Source of the DNA: Halogeometricum borinquense DSM 11551
GTDB lineage: Archaea; Halobacteriota; Halobacteria; Halobacteriales; Haloferacaceae
Reading direction: 5' to 3'
Assembly (NCBI RefSeq): GCF_000172995.2
Contig: NC_014729.1
Span: 1,320,001-1,352,000, forward strand
DNA length: 32,000 bases
In this document: positions 7,752 through 16,617 of the stretch, in pieces
Numbering within the stretch: position 1 is the first letter of the stretch
How the letters are laid out: every line of letters begins with the position of its first letter
Notes under the pieces: model-generated
Databases searched by the model: none
What the model was told of the DNA's origin: nothing
The model's input: only the letters and a program-made list of their open reading frames with translations
Position numbers and translations under genes: made by a program

Positions 7752-8699
7752 CTACTGAAGTCGAGCAATCGTCTGATCGTTCCCTTCCTCGATCTGGACG
7801 AGTCCATCGTCGGCAAGGTCCGAGAGGAGACCTCGCAGCCACTCTCGCCCGTGCTCTCCGTCAGGGGTGTAATCCACTCGGATCCGATGACCAAGCGTGT
7901 CCAGATCCATCTCGTCGTGTTCCCCGAGGAGTCGAACAACGCGCCCGCGGAACTGCCGACGGCTCCCTTCGAAGCTCGGCTGTGTGGGCACGTCGGGCGC
8001 GGTGAAGTCACCGGTCTGGTAGGCGTGACACCACTCGCGCCACGGGCAACTGGCCTCATCACACCGAGGTTTCTTCCCGCAGGCGACACCGCCGAGTTCC
8101 ATGATCGCGTTGTTCCATATTCGGGACTCTCCGGGCGGCATAAGGGTGTTCGCAACGGTTTCGTAGTCCGGATCGTCTGCATTATGGATTTCCGCAAATG
8201 CGCGGTGCAGAACCCGTTTGACGTTCGTATCCACCACCGCATCGCCGTTGTTGAAGGCGAACGAAGCGACGGCGTTTGCGGTGTACGGGCCGACACCCAT
8301 CAGTTCGGAGAGTTCGTCTGGCGAGCGGGGGAACTCGCCGTCGTACTCCTCGATTACTTGCCGGGTCGCCTCATGGAGGTATTTCGCGCGGTTGTTGTAG
8401 CCGAGACTGTGTCCGCTCCAGAAAGAGACCACGTCGCTCCGGTCGGCCGCCGCGAGGTCCGCGGCAGTTGGCCACTCGTCTAGGAAATCCTCCCACGCTT
8501 CGACGACGCGCCCGAGTTGTGTCTGCTGGCTCATCACCTCGGAGACGAGAATTTCGTAGGGGTCGTCGGTCCGCCGCCATGGGAAATCGCGGTGGTCCGC
8601 CTCGTACCACGAGACGAGCGCGTCCCGTACGTCGTCCACATCTTCTGGGAGGGCGGTCGCGTCGCCGGTTTCGAGCGACGATGCGTGGCCGTCGGTCAT
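7752..8699 (-). CDS. mutY: A/G-specific adenine DNA glycosylase (MutY)
   Basis: DFPWRRTDDPYEILVSEVMSQQTQLGRVV...GLGYNNRAKYLH...GVGPYTANAVASFAF...VVDTNVKRVL is the HhH-GPD MutY signature. It is followed by the 4-Cys cluster loop CGKKPRCDEASCPWREWC. Confidence 0.9.
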   Translation of the reverse strand: MTDGHASSLETGDATALPEDVDDVRDALVSWYEADHRDFPWRRTDDPYEILVSEVMSQQTQLGRVVEAWEDFLDEWPTAADLAAADRSDVVSFWSGHSLGYNNRAKYLHEATRQVIEEYDGEFPRSPDELSELMGVGPYTANAVASFAFNNGDAVVDTNVKRVLHRAFAEIHNADDPDYETVANTLMPPGESRIWNNAIMELGGVACGKKPRCDEASCPWREWCHAYQTGDFTAPDVPTQPSFEGSRRQFRGRVVRLLGEHDEMDLDTLGHRIRVDYTPDGEHGREWLRGLLSDLADDGLVQIEEGNDQTIARLQ

Positions 8700-8724
8700 C
8701 GTACTGAGCTTAGTCGGTGCGCGT

Positions 8725-10038
8725 TTATGATTGCTGATTCGGCGACGGCGGGAGGTCTTCTGTGGCCGGTTCGCGGTCGAACAGTGCCGTCTCCACGTCC
8801 ACGGGGTCCGGGCCGAACGCGATCAGGTCCCGAAGTCGTCGGGAAACGGGACCGACCGTTGCCGCAGTCGCACCCGCTTTGGCGATTGTTTGACGGATTA
8901 CTGCGGGAATGTCGTCGCCGCGCGTTACGAGCATCGAGATAGCGCGTTGGCCGAGCAGTTGCATATCGAGAATACGACGGACTGCGGGACGGCGACGGGT
9001 CGCGTACGGTTCGAGTGACGACGCGGAGAGAACGCCGCTCTCGCGGCGGAGCGCGGGGACGACCGCGGCATGAAGGACGGCGGCATCCTGTATCGCCAGC
9101 GCGTTGCCCTGTCCGCCGAGCGGTGAGGCGACGTGGGCGGCATCGCCGATCAACGCGAGGCCATCGCGCACCCACTCGTCGGTGAACCCGGGCGAGACAT
9201 CCAACAGCGAGCATTGGTCGAAGCCTGTCAACGACTCCGCTAACGCCGGACGGAGGCGAGGGTCTACGGCGGCGATTCGGTCGCGGAACGCTTCGATACC
9301 CCGCTCCCGGAGGTCCGGATACGTCCCCTTCTCGATCAGCCATCCGAGTTGGACATCCGGCCCCAACCCGAAGTACAGGAGTTGGCCGTCCTCGTTGATT
9401 CGGGCCTGAATCTCATGCGATGCCGATCCCGGAACTTTCGTCCAGACGACCTCGAAATCGGTGTCTACCAGACCGGGATCGATACCCGCCGCCTGTCGAA
9501 CAGTCGAGTAGCGGCCGTCGGCACCGACGACCAACCGTGACCGGATCGTCAGATCCTCGTCTATTTCGCGGTCACTCGCTCGAACGCCGACAACGGAGCC
9601 GTCTTCGACGAGAAGGTCACGAACCACCGTCGAGGGACGGAACTCGAACGTTTCGAAGCGCTCCGCGTCATCGACGAGCATCCGCAGCAGCGGCGGTTGG
9701 TCGATAGAGAGAACGAAATCGTGCGGTGGCGAGAGCGTCGTGAAGTCTACGAACGTGTACAGACGACCGTAGAGTTCGAGTTTGAACTTCGAGATCCGCT
9801 CGTGCGGCAGGTCCAGCACGCGTTCGAGAACGTCAATCTGATCGAAGACACGGAGCGCCGACGGTTGGAAGGCGAATCCGCGGAACTCTCGGTCGAACGT
9901 CGCGTGCCGTTCGAGAAGCATCGTCTCCACGCCGCTCCGGGCAAGCAGTCCGCCGAGAACGCATCCGGCGGGGCCGGCTCCGACGATGACTACGTCTGTC
10001 TGAAACGTCTGGGTCTCCTCCGTGCCGACTCGGCTCAT
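8725..10038 (-). CDS. FAD-dependent monooxygenase/oxidoreductase (UbiH/aromatic-ring hydroxylase-like)
   Basis: TDVVIVGAGPAGCVLGGLLARSGVETMLLER is a GxGxxG FAD fold, and LIGDAAHVASPLGGQGNALAIQDA is the second FAD motif. I chose ATG at 10038. The 21 codons upstream, back to ATG 10101, have AT-rich third positions unlike the rest of the gene. Confidence 0.88.
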   Translation of the reverse strand: MSRVGTEETQTFQTDVVIVGAGPAGCVLGGLLARSGVETMLLERHATFDREFRGFAFQPSALRVFDQIDVLERVLDLPHERISKFKLELYGRLYTFVDFTTLSPPHDFVLSIDQPPLLRMLVDDAERFETFEFRPSTVVRDLLVEDGSVVGVRASDREIDEDLTIRSRLVVGADGRYSTVRQAAGIDPGLVDTDFEVVWTKVPGSASHEIQARINEDGQLLYFGLGPDVQLGWLIEKGTYPDLRERGIEAFRDRIAAVDPRLRPALAESLTGFDQCSLLDVSPGFTDEWVRDGLALIGDAAHVASPLGGQGNALAIQDAAVLHAAVVPALRRESGVLSASSLEPYATRRRPAVRRILDMQLLGQRAISMLVTRGDDIPAVIRQTIAKAGATAATVGPVSRRLRDLIAFGPDPVDVETALFDREPATEDLPPSPNQQS

Positions 10039-10122
10039 ACCTTGGGATATGTTCTCATTCGTGGAGGAGATTTTCCCGTCTATGCATGGTACATTTATCA
10101 TTACTCAAATACTATCGACAGT

Positions 10123-10779
10123 GTGCGACAAGTCCGGTTCACCGGGTCGCCAGAGGGAGAACTCAGACGGCCCTTGTTCGATCTCCTCGCATCGGGCGAG
10201 TGGGTTCGAGAGACGCATCTCGTTGATTGGACGTTGGGTTCTGACTGCCCGGCGGCGTTGTTTGTCATCCGCGGCGACAGCGTTCGATTCGAGGCGGCGT
10301 TGGCTGGCGTACCGGACGTTCGGTCGTACGAGGTCCAACACGCGGACGCGGACCGCTTCGCACTGTACGTGACTCTGGACACACCCGAACCGTTAACCAC
10401 GTTGTTCGACGCCCTGACGACCAGCGGACTCGTCGTCGTCGGCCCCGTTATCTACCGAGACGGGTGCGTTCGTGGTTCTCTCGTCGGGCAGGCGGCCGAT
10501 GTTCGCTCGGCATTCGACTCGTTTCCGGATGCGTTGTCGCTCACGATAGAGTCGGTGACCGAGTTCGACGTTGGACGAGAGTTCCCCGCCGCGACGCTGA
10601 CCGACCGACAACTGACGGTCGTCCGTACCGCCGCAAAAATGGGCTACTACGAGATTCCGCGAGAGACGACGCACGGGGAGATTGCCGCAGCACTCGACTG
10701 TGCCGCAAGTACTGTCAGTGAACACCTCCACAGGGCGGAGGCGAAACTCGTCACCAGCGCACTCGACGTTTACGAGTGA
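10123..10779 (+). CDS. HTH_10 DNA-binding transcriptional regulator (paralog of 6115..6774)
   Basis: The C-terminus is LTDRQLTVVRTAAKMGYYEIPRETTHGEIAAALDCAASTVSEHLHRAEAKLV. Track ORF 9697..10779 is antisense to the monooxygenase for its first 340 nt. The first in-frame start after that gene is GTG at 10123 (VRQVRFTGSPEG...). That gives 218 aa, matching the 219-aa paralog. Confidence 0.8.
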   Translation: MRQVRFTGSPEGELRRPLFDLLASGEWVRETHLVDWTLGSDCPAALFVIRGDSVRFEAALAGVPDVRSYEVQHADADRFALYVTLDTPEPLTTLFDALTTSGLVVVGPVIYRDGCVRGSLVGQAADVRSAFDSFPDALSLTIESVTEFDVGREFPAATLTDRQLTVVRTAAKMGYYEIPRETTHGEIAAALDCAASTVSEHLHRAEAKLVTSALDVYE

Positions 10780-10895
10780 TACGGGCGGTGTCGCTATGTA
10801 CCGGAACTCGACCCGGGTCAGCGATCACCGGGAAGGGACGACAACCGACCTATGAGTCGCAGGACCCTTATCGTCTGCACCCCTCGGACGCGGGT

Positions 10896-11219
10896 ATGGG
10901 ACTGGACGAACTCACCGAAGACGTAGAGACTGCGTACGCCGACCTCGACGAGGAATCGACGGTGTCGTTCGACCGCGAGACGAGACACGAACTGGCAATG
11001 CTCGCTGCGGCGTTTGAGACGGACGAAACCGACGAACTTGTCCGCCGTGCGGTCCACCTCCTCTTTCAGACCACTGTGGATCGCGGGACGCTCGATTTCC
11101 ATCTCCGACAGGGCTACGACGTAACGTACGACGAGTATCTCTCGGGGATGACGTACGAGGAGATGACCGGACAGAATCAGTACCCACAACGCGACGACGA
11201 ACGTCGCTACCAGATGTAA
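10896..11219 (+). CDS. small acidic hypothetical protein (107 aa)
   Basis: MGLDELTEDVETAYADLDEESTVSFDRETRHELAMLAAAFETDETDELVRRAVHLLFQ... has halophile-typical acidic composition and GC-rich third positions. I chose ATG at 10896 inside track ORF 10776..11219. I recognise no family. Confidence 0.6.
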   Translation: MGLDELTEDVETAYADLDEESTVSFDRETRHELAMLAAAFETDETDELVRRAVHLLFQTTVDRGTLDFHLRQGYDVTYDEYLSGMTYEEMTGQNQYPQRDDERRYQM

Positions 11220-11258
11220 GCGACGGCGAAATCGCCACCAGATGTAAGCGACGGCGAA
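11209..11258. repeat. 22-bp perfect direct repeat (accagatgtaagcgacggcgaa) present twice, 6 nt apart. The first copy contains the stop codon of CDS 10896..11219.
   Basis: The copies sit at 11209-11230 and 11237-11258. I read and compared them base by base. Confidence 0.9.
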
Positions 11259-11276
11259 CACCGCCAAAGATCCTAT

Positions 11277-11699
11277 TCAGCGCAGTTCGACGGTCACGTC
11301 CACATCGTCGAGTCGGACGTACCGCAGTTCGTCACCTCGTTCGACAGCGAAGGCGTCGAACGCGACGACCAGTCGGCCTTCACGTAACGAGGCGCGAAGA
11401 AGGACCCCCTCGCTCCGGACGACGACGTGCGGCGGAGCGGCGACAGGCGGTGCGGGCATCGGGTGGCCGATGGTCGTCACGAGATCCGAGAGGACGCGCG
11501 GGAAGTGCATCAGCAATCCAGAGGCATCCAGCGCCCGTTCGAACACGGGCACGACTTCGTCGCGGTCTGTCGTCCACGCACCCTCCGGTGACTCGTCCCA
11601 CTCGTCAGCGACGGCGTCTGCACACCGTTCGATGCCGTCCACCACGTCGGTGTGTTCTTCGGACAGGCGGCGTTCGACGCGGTCGATCAACTCGGTCAC
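11277..11699 (-). CDS. hypothetical protein (140 aa)
   Basis: This is the track ORF with a GTG start (plus-strand cac at 11697-11699). MTELIDRVERRLSEEHTDVVDGIERCADAVADEWDESPEGAWTTDRDEVVPVFERALD... has coding-like composition. I recognise no family. It lies 87 nt downstream of the Htr gene on the same strand. Confidence 0.6.
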   Translation of the reverse strand: MTELIDRVERRLSEEHTDVVDGIERCADAVADEWDESPEGAWTTDRDEVVPVFERALDASGLLMHFPRVLSDLVTTIGHPMPAPPVAAPPHVVVRSEGVLLRASLREGRLVVAFDAFAVERGDELRYVRLDDVDVTVELR

Positions 11700-11740
11700 G
11701 AACGCTCCTTGTCGGGTAGTGGTTAAAAGAGTCCGCGAGT

Positions 11741-11757
11741 CGTCGTCAGCGACGACG
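11741..11757 (-). terminator. hairpin CGTCGTC-agc-GACGACG 30 nt downstream of the Htr stop, followed on the minus strand by a TCTTTTAAC tract
   Basis: A perfect 7-bp GC-rich stem is followed by a T-run about 12 nt downstream on the minus strand. It could equally be part of the promoter of the next gene (11699). Confidence 0.35.
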
Positions 11758-11786
11758 GGCGTCGTATCGCAGCGTTTCGACCGCGT

Positions 11787-14087
11787 TTAGTCGTCGTCCG
11801 ACGCGGCGGGTGTCGATGGCGTCACGCTTCCGGCCGCGTTCTCAGCCTCTCTGAGGATGTTTTCGAGCGTTGCGGCAGTCTCACTATCGACCGAGAGTTC
11901 TTCCTCGAAATCGATTCCCTCGGCGGACACGTCGAACTCGCTGAGCAGTTCGCTCAGTTCGTTCGCTTGGTCAGCGAGGCGGTGTGCCCCCTCAGAGACT
12001 TCGCTGAGCGTTGCCGTCTGTTCCTCGGCGGCGGCGGAGACGTTCTCGGCTTCGGCCGTCGTCTCCTCACCGATACCCGCGAGTTCGTCGGCCATCGACA
12101 GCACGTCCTCGGTCGTACTAGCCTGTTCTCCCGTGGCGGCGGCGACTTCCTCGACACTCGCGCTGTTTTGACTCACGCTATCGGCGATTTCGTCGAACGA
12201 GGACAGCGCCTCGTCAACTTCGTCGGCACCCGCTTCGACTTGCTCGCGCATCTGCTCGATTCGTTCGACAACCTCAGCGCGCTTCGACTGGAGCGTCGAA
12301 ACGTGGTCTTCGATTGTCTCGGCGTACGTCGCCGTCTCCTCGGCGAGATGTTTCACTTCGTCGGCAACGACAGCGAATCCGGACCCGGCTTCACCAGCGC
12401 GCGACGCCTCGATGGACGCGTTCAGCGCGAGGATGTTCGTCTGCTCTGCGAGGTCCGCAATGACGCCGGTCACGTTGCTAATCCGTTCTATCTCGTCGTC
12501 TAAGTCTTCGACAGACTCGACGGCTTCGCGCGTCTCCATCTCGATAGCTTCAACGCCGTCAAGCGCGCCGTTTGCGGCCTCGCGTCCCTCATCAGCACGT
12601 TCTGCAACCGCAGCAGAACCGTCTGCCAAGTCGTCGGTCGTCGCCGAGACCTGCTCAACCGACGCCGAGAGGCTACTCATCTCCTCTGAGAGTTCTGCTA
12701 AGTGGTCGGCCTGTTCGCGTGCCCCGGCGGAGATCTGTTCGACCGACTGTGCGATTTCGTCGCTCGCGGAACTCACCTCTGCGGCCCCCGAGGCGACGCC
12801 GGAACTGCTGGATGCCACTGTCTCTCCGAACGCGGTGAGGGCAACGAGCGTCGTTTCTAACTCTTCTGCCATCTCGTTGAACGCGGCAGCAATCGTTCGC
12901 ATGACCTCCGAGTCGGATTCGAGGTCCATGCGGACGGTCAAGTCGCCGTCGGCCGCCTCGCTCATTACATCTCTGTAACGGCGCGCGTCGTCACGTTGTG
13001 ACTTCAGGTCGTCACGAAGCGCATCGATGCCGTCCACGACGGACCCGAACTCGTCGGTTCGGCCATCGGGGAGCGACACGTCCAAATCACCGCCGCGAAG
13101 GCGTTCGACGCGTCCAGCGAGCGTCGAGAGCGGCGTGACGGTGGTGCCGTGGATGATTGCGCCAAGGACGACGAAGCCGATGACGACGGCGGCCAAGAGC
13201 GCGATAAGTTTCTCACCGACAGACTGTTGGACGCTGTACACCGCAGAGGCGGGTGCGTGAACCACAGTCACGAGGTCCGTTCCTGAAACGGGTGCGTAGG
13301 CGACGAGATGGTCCTCCGAGAGGACATCGTTCGCGCCTTCCTCGTAGACGCCCGAATTACCGGCCGCGCCCTCGGACAAGGCAGTCGCGTTCGGGACGCC
13401 GTAGTCACCGTAGTTTTTCCGACCGGAAGCGTCGAACTGCACTTTCCCGTCGGTCGTAACTACCTGTGCGAAACTCCCCTCGACGGCAGTGTCGAGCGTG
13501 AGTTCGACGTAGCTCATGTCGGCGATAACCATCACGACCCGGTCAGATTTGAGTTGAACCGGGCTGACGAACGCCATGTACGTCTTGTTATCGCGCTGGT
13601 ACGGGCGAGTGTAGGAGACCTGATCGGCAACGGGCATATTAATCGACCCGGTGAGGAACGACGTTCCCTCAGGAAGCGGGTCGGTTCCGACGGCGTCACT
13701 GTTCGAACTGGCGACGATACGTGAGTTCTCGGTATCGACGTAGTGAACGTCCGTGACGGCCGTCGGGAGGACGGCTTTCTCACGACGGAGGTACTGCGAA
13801 ACGACCGGGTTGTCGGCGGTCTGGAACACGCTATAGCGTGAGACCATCCGTGCGGTCTGCTTTTGTGATGAAACCCATCCGGACAGTTGCTCAGACTGAA
13901 GCGTGGCTGTTGATTGGAGATCGCGTTGCGCGGAGTCGCTCACCTCTTCGGCGACGGTCACGTAGGTGTAGCCGCCGATAGCGACGACAGCGACGGTGAC
14001 AATGACGAAGAGGAGAGCCAACTTGGCAAGATAACTACGCTGAAGCGGTTCGGGGAGGAGGTTGTCGAGTTTTTGGGCGACGTTCAT
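11787..14087 (-). CDS. methyl-accepting chemotaxis protein / halobacterial transducer (Htr) with an extracellular Cache-like domain
   Basis: The N-terminal TM helix ([21 protein letters not shown]) is followed by an extracytoplasmic domain of about 260 aa. Next come a second TM helix ([20 protein letters not shown]) and HAMP-like segments. The highly conserved MCP signalling hairpin is present ([50 protein letters not shown]). Confidence 0.93.
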   Translation of the reverse strand: MNVAQKLDNLLPEPLQRSYLAKLALLFVIVTVAVVAIGGYTYVTVAEEVSDSAQRDLQSTATLQSEQLSGWVSSQKQTARMVSRYSVFQTADNPVVSQYLRREKAVLPTAVTDVHYVDTENSRIVASSNSDAVGTDPLPEGTSFLTGSINMPVADQVSYTRPYQRDNKTYMAFVSPVQLKSDRVVMVIADMSYVELTLDTAVEGSFAQVVTTDGKVQFDASGRKNYGDYGVPNATALSEGAAGNSGVYEEGANDVLSEDHLVAYAPVSGTDLVTVVHAPASAVYSVQQSVGEKLIALLAAVVIGFVVLGAIIHGTTVTPLSTLAGRVERLRGGDLDVSLPDGRTDEFGSVVDGIDALRDDLKSQRDDARRYRDVMSEAADGDLTVRMDLESDSEVMRTIAAAFNEMAEELETTLVALTAFGETVASSSSGVASGAAEVSSASDEIAQSVEQISAGAREQADHLAELSEEMSSLSASVEQVSATTDDLADGSAAVAERADEGREAANGALDGVEAIEMETREAVESVEDLDDEIERISNVTGVIADLAEQTNILALNASIEASRAGEAGSGFAVVADEVKHLAEETATYAETIEDHVSTLQSKRAEVVERIEQMREQVEAGADEVDEALSSFDEIADSVSQNSASVEEVAAATGEQASTTEDVLSMADELAGIGEETTAEAENVSAAAEEQTATLSEVSEGAHRLADQANELSELLSEFDVSAEGIDFEEELSVDSETAATLENILREAENAAGSVTPSTPAASDDD

Positions 14088-14285
14088 CTACTCCCCTCCG
14101 ACGGTGTTTCGGTTCAAAATAGTTCGCCGCTGATTATCAAAAAAGATTCTGTAAAACCGGATGACGTAGAGGCTATTGATGTCAGAGAACAACATTTGAG
14201 ACTGTTTCGGTTTCCGCCGCGCTGTGAGTCGGCCGCAGACGAACGACTCCGGAGAGTTTTATCCGACGGCGACCCACCGGCGCGT

Positions 14286-14549
14286 ATGGAAACTTCGGAA
14301 GTCGAACGTCTCATCGAGGACGGTATTGAAGACGCGGACGCGTCGGTGTCGCTTCCGCGCGTCCCGGACGAAGACCACGAAGACGCACACTTTGCGGCCG
14401 TCGTCGTCTCGCCCGCGTTCGAGGGGAAAAGCCTCGTCCAACAACACCAGATGGTGTACGACGCGCTGGGCGAGTCGATGACGACAGACATCCACGCGAT
14501 GGAACTGAAAACCTATACGCCCGAAGAGTACGGGGACGCAGGCGAGTAA
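14286..14549 (+). CDS. BolA family protein
   Basis: [81 protein letters not shown] carries the BolA signature (F.G.S...QH..VY..L......IHAL.L.T). I chose ATG at 14286. A TTTTATCC element lies 24-31 nt upstream, which suggests a leaderless mRNA. Confidence 0.88.
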   Translation: METSEVERLIEDGIEDADASVSLPRVPDEDHEDAHFAAVVVSPAFEGKSLVQQHQMVYDALGESMTTDIHAMELKTYTPEEYGDAGE

Positions 14550-14581
14550 CTACCAGACGACCGAACGTACCGTCCGCAACG

Positions 14582-15721
14582 CTACAGTCGCGGTTCGGTT
14601 TCTTCGAGTTCGTCCAGCGAGCGGTTCTTCAGCGCGCTACCAGACTGTGTGTCGAACAGATGAATCGCTGGCTCGGGGAGGCGTGCGACGACCGGTTGTC
14701 CGGCGTCGAGGCTCCGCATCCCATCAACCGTCGCCACGAGGTCTGCGTCGCCGCCCGTCTCGAACGAAAGGTAGACGTTGTTCTCGTTACCCATCGGTTC
14801 CACCACGTCGATGACCATCTCGAAGTCGTGATCGTCCGCGGCTTCGGAGACGACTTCGATGTCTTCGGGCCGGATGCCGAACGTGACGTGCGTGGTGTCG
14901 CCGAGCGCTTCGCGCGTCTCCTCAGACAGCGGATAGTCGAAGAGGTCGCTCGTCAAGCGGTCGCCCTGCATCTCCATCTCGAAGAAGTTCATCGAGGGTT
15001 CTCCGATGAACTTTGCCACAAACTGGTTCGTCGGTTCGTGGTACGCCTCCAACGGCGTCGCGACCTGCTGGAGTTCGCCGTCGTTGAGGATGGCGATGCG
15101 GTCGCCCATCGTCATCGCCTCCGTCTGGTCGTGCGTCACGTAGACGGTTGAAACGCCCAAGTTCTCCTGTATACGCTGGAGTTCCGTTCGCATCTGCGAG
15201 CGAAGTTGGGCATCGAGATTCGACAACGGTTCGTCCATCAGGAACACTTTCGGGTCCCGGACGATAGCGCGGCCGAGAGCGACGCGTTGCTGTTGGCCGC
15301 CGGAGAGTTCGCCGGGTTTGCGACCGAGTAAGTCGCCGATACCGAGCATCTCTGCCGTCTCCTCGACGAGCGATGAGATCTCGCTGTCGGGCATGTCCGT
15401 GGATTCCTCCAGCCCGAACGACATGTTCTCCTTGACGGTCATATGCGGGTACAGCGCGTACGACTGGAACACCATCGCAATGTCGCGTTCGCGCGGCGGT
15501 TGCGCGTTTACGACCTCGCCGTCGAGTCGTATCTCGCCGCTGGAGACGGTTTCGAGGCCCGCAATCATTCGAAGTGTGGTGGACTTCCCGCATCCGGACG
15601 GCCCGACGAGGACGAGGAACTCGCCGTCGTCGATGTCTACGGAGACGCCGTCTACTGCCACGATGTCTGTACCGTTGTCGTCGAATACCTTCGTAACGTT
15701 GTCGAGTGTGAGTTCTGCCAT
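14582..15721 (-). CDS. sugar ABC transporter ATP-binding protein (UgpC/MalK type)
   Basis: It has Walker A GPSGCGKST, the ABC signature LSGGQQQRVALGRA and Walker B VFLMDEPLSNLD. A C-terminal MalK-like regulatory/TOBE domain follows. Its ATG overlaps the upstream permease stop (TAATG). Confidence 0.95.
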   Translation of the reverse strand: MAELTLDNVTKVFDDNGTDIVAVDGVSVDIDDGEFLVLVGPSGCGKSTTLRMIAGLETVSSGEIRLDGEVVNAQPPRERDIAMVFQSYALYPHMTVKENMSFGLEESTDMPDSEISSLVEETAEMLGIGDLLGRKPGELSGGQQQRVALGRAIVRDPKVFLMDEPLSNLDAQLRSQMRTELQRIQENLGVSTVYVTHDQTEAMTMGDRIAILNDGELQQVATPLEAYHEPTNQFVAKFIGEPSMNFFEMEMQGDRLTSDLFDYPLSEETREALGDTTHVTFGIRPEDIEVVSEAADDHDFEMVIDVVEPMGNENNVYLSFETGGDADLVATVDGMRSLDAGQPVVARLPEPAIHLFDTQSGSALKNRSLDELEETEPRL

Positions 15722-16617
15722 TATGTTTCACCTGCCACGCCCTCTGCGAACTTGTCTCCGAACAGGACGTACACGAGGAGCGTCGGGAGTGCCGCGATGA
15801 ACGCGGCGGCCATCTGGATGTTGTACTGTTGGACCATCGAGCCTTGGAGTTTGTTCAGCGCGATTGTCGCAACCTCGCTCGTCGGCGAGGACACCAGCAC
15901 GAGTGCGAACAGGAAGTCGTTCCAGACCTGCGTGAACTGGTAGATAAGCACCACCGCGAACATCGGCTTTGAGAGCGGGAAGATGATGCGGCGGTAGATA
16001 CGCGTGAACGTTGCGCCGTCGATGCGCGCAGCCTCCAGCATCGACTGGTCGAAACTCGCGTAATACGACCGGAACAGGATGGTACAGATGGGAATCCCGT
16101 ACGCGGTGTGTGTCACGATGAGTTCGATGAGTCCGACGCGTTGGGCGAGGAACGGTATCCCCGCGAGGTGGTTGTGGAGACCGACGATGGTCCAAAATCG
16201 CGTCAGTGGAACGAGTACGGACTGGTAGGGGACGAACATCCCTGCGACGAACAGAATCAGCACGCCCGCCTGGCCGCGCCAGTTCAGGTTCGTGAGACCG
16301 TACGCCGCGATAGAGCCGATGAGGCCCGACAGTACCGTCGCCGGGATGGCGACGAACGCGCTGTTATACAGCGCACCGGAGAAGTCCGTCAGCGGACCCT
16401 GCATCTGCGCCCACGCCTCGTTCCACGGCCCGAGCGTGAAGCCGTCACCGAACGGCGGGATGAACGGCGTCGTGTTGATGAACGCATCCTGCGTCTTGAT
16501 GGATGTCATCAGGCCGCTCTCCAACGGTGCGAGGTAGAACGCCGCCATCACCGCGATAACGGCGTACAGTCCGTAGCGCGACACGCTGGCCGAACGGATG
16601 TCGTCTGCGAGACTCAT
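15721..16617 (-). CDS. carbohydrate ABC transporter permease (MalG-like)
   Basis: It has six hydrophobic spans and the EAA-type loop SMLEAARIDGATFTRIYRRIIFPLSKP. It overlaps the upstream permease by 4 nt (ATGA). Confidence 0.93.
   Translation of the reverse strand: MSLADDIRSASVSRYGLYAVIAVMAAFYLAPLESGLMTSIKTQDAFINTTPFIPPFGDGFTLGPWNEAWAQMQGPLTDFSGALYNSAFVAIPATVLSGLIGSIAAYGLTNLNWRGQAGVLILFVAGMFVPYQSVLVPLTRFWTIVGLHNHLAGIPFLAQRVGLIELIVTHTAYGIPICTILFRSYYASFDQSMLEAARIDGATFTRIYRRIIFPLSKPMFAVVLIYQFTQVWNDFLFALVLVSSPTSEVATIALNKLQGSMVQQYNIQMAAAFIAALPTLLVYVLFGDKFAEGVAGET

Noticed and set aside
14105-14212. A 10-bp direct repeat tgtttcggtt occurs at 14105-14114 and 14203-14212 in the Htr/BolA divergent spacer.
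   Set aside because: It is a single short repeat pair with no symmetry or clear positional logic relative to either start. It may be chance. I note it only.
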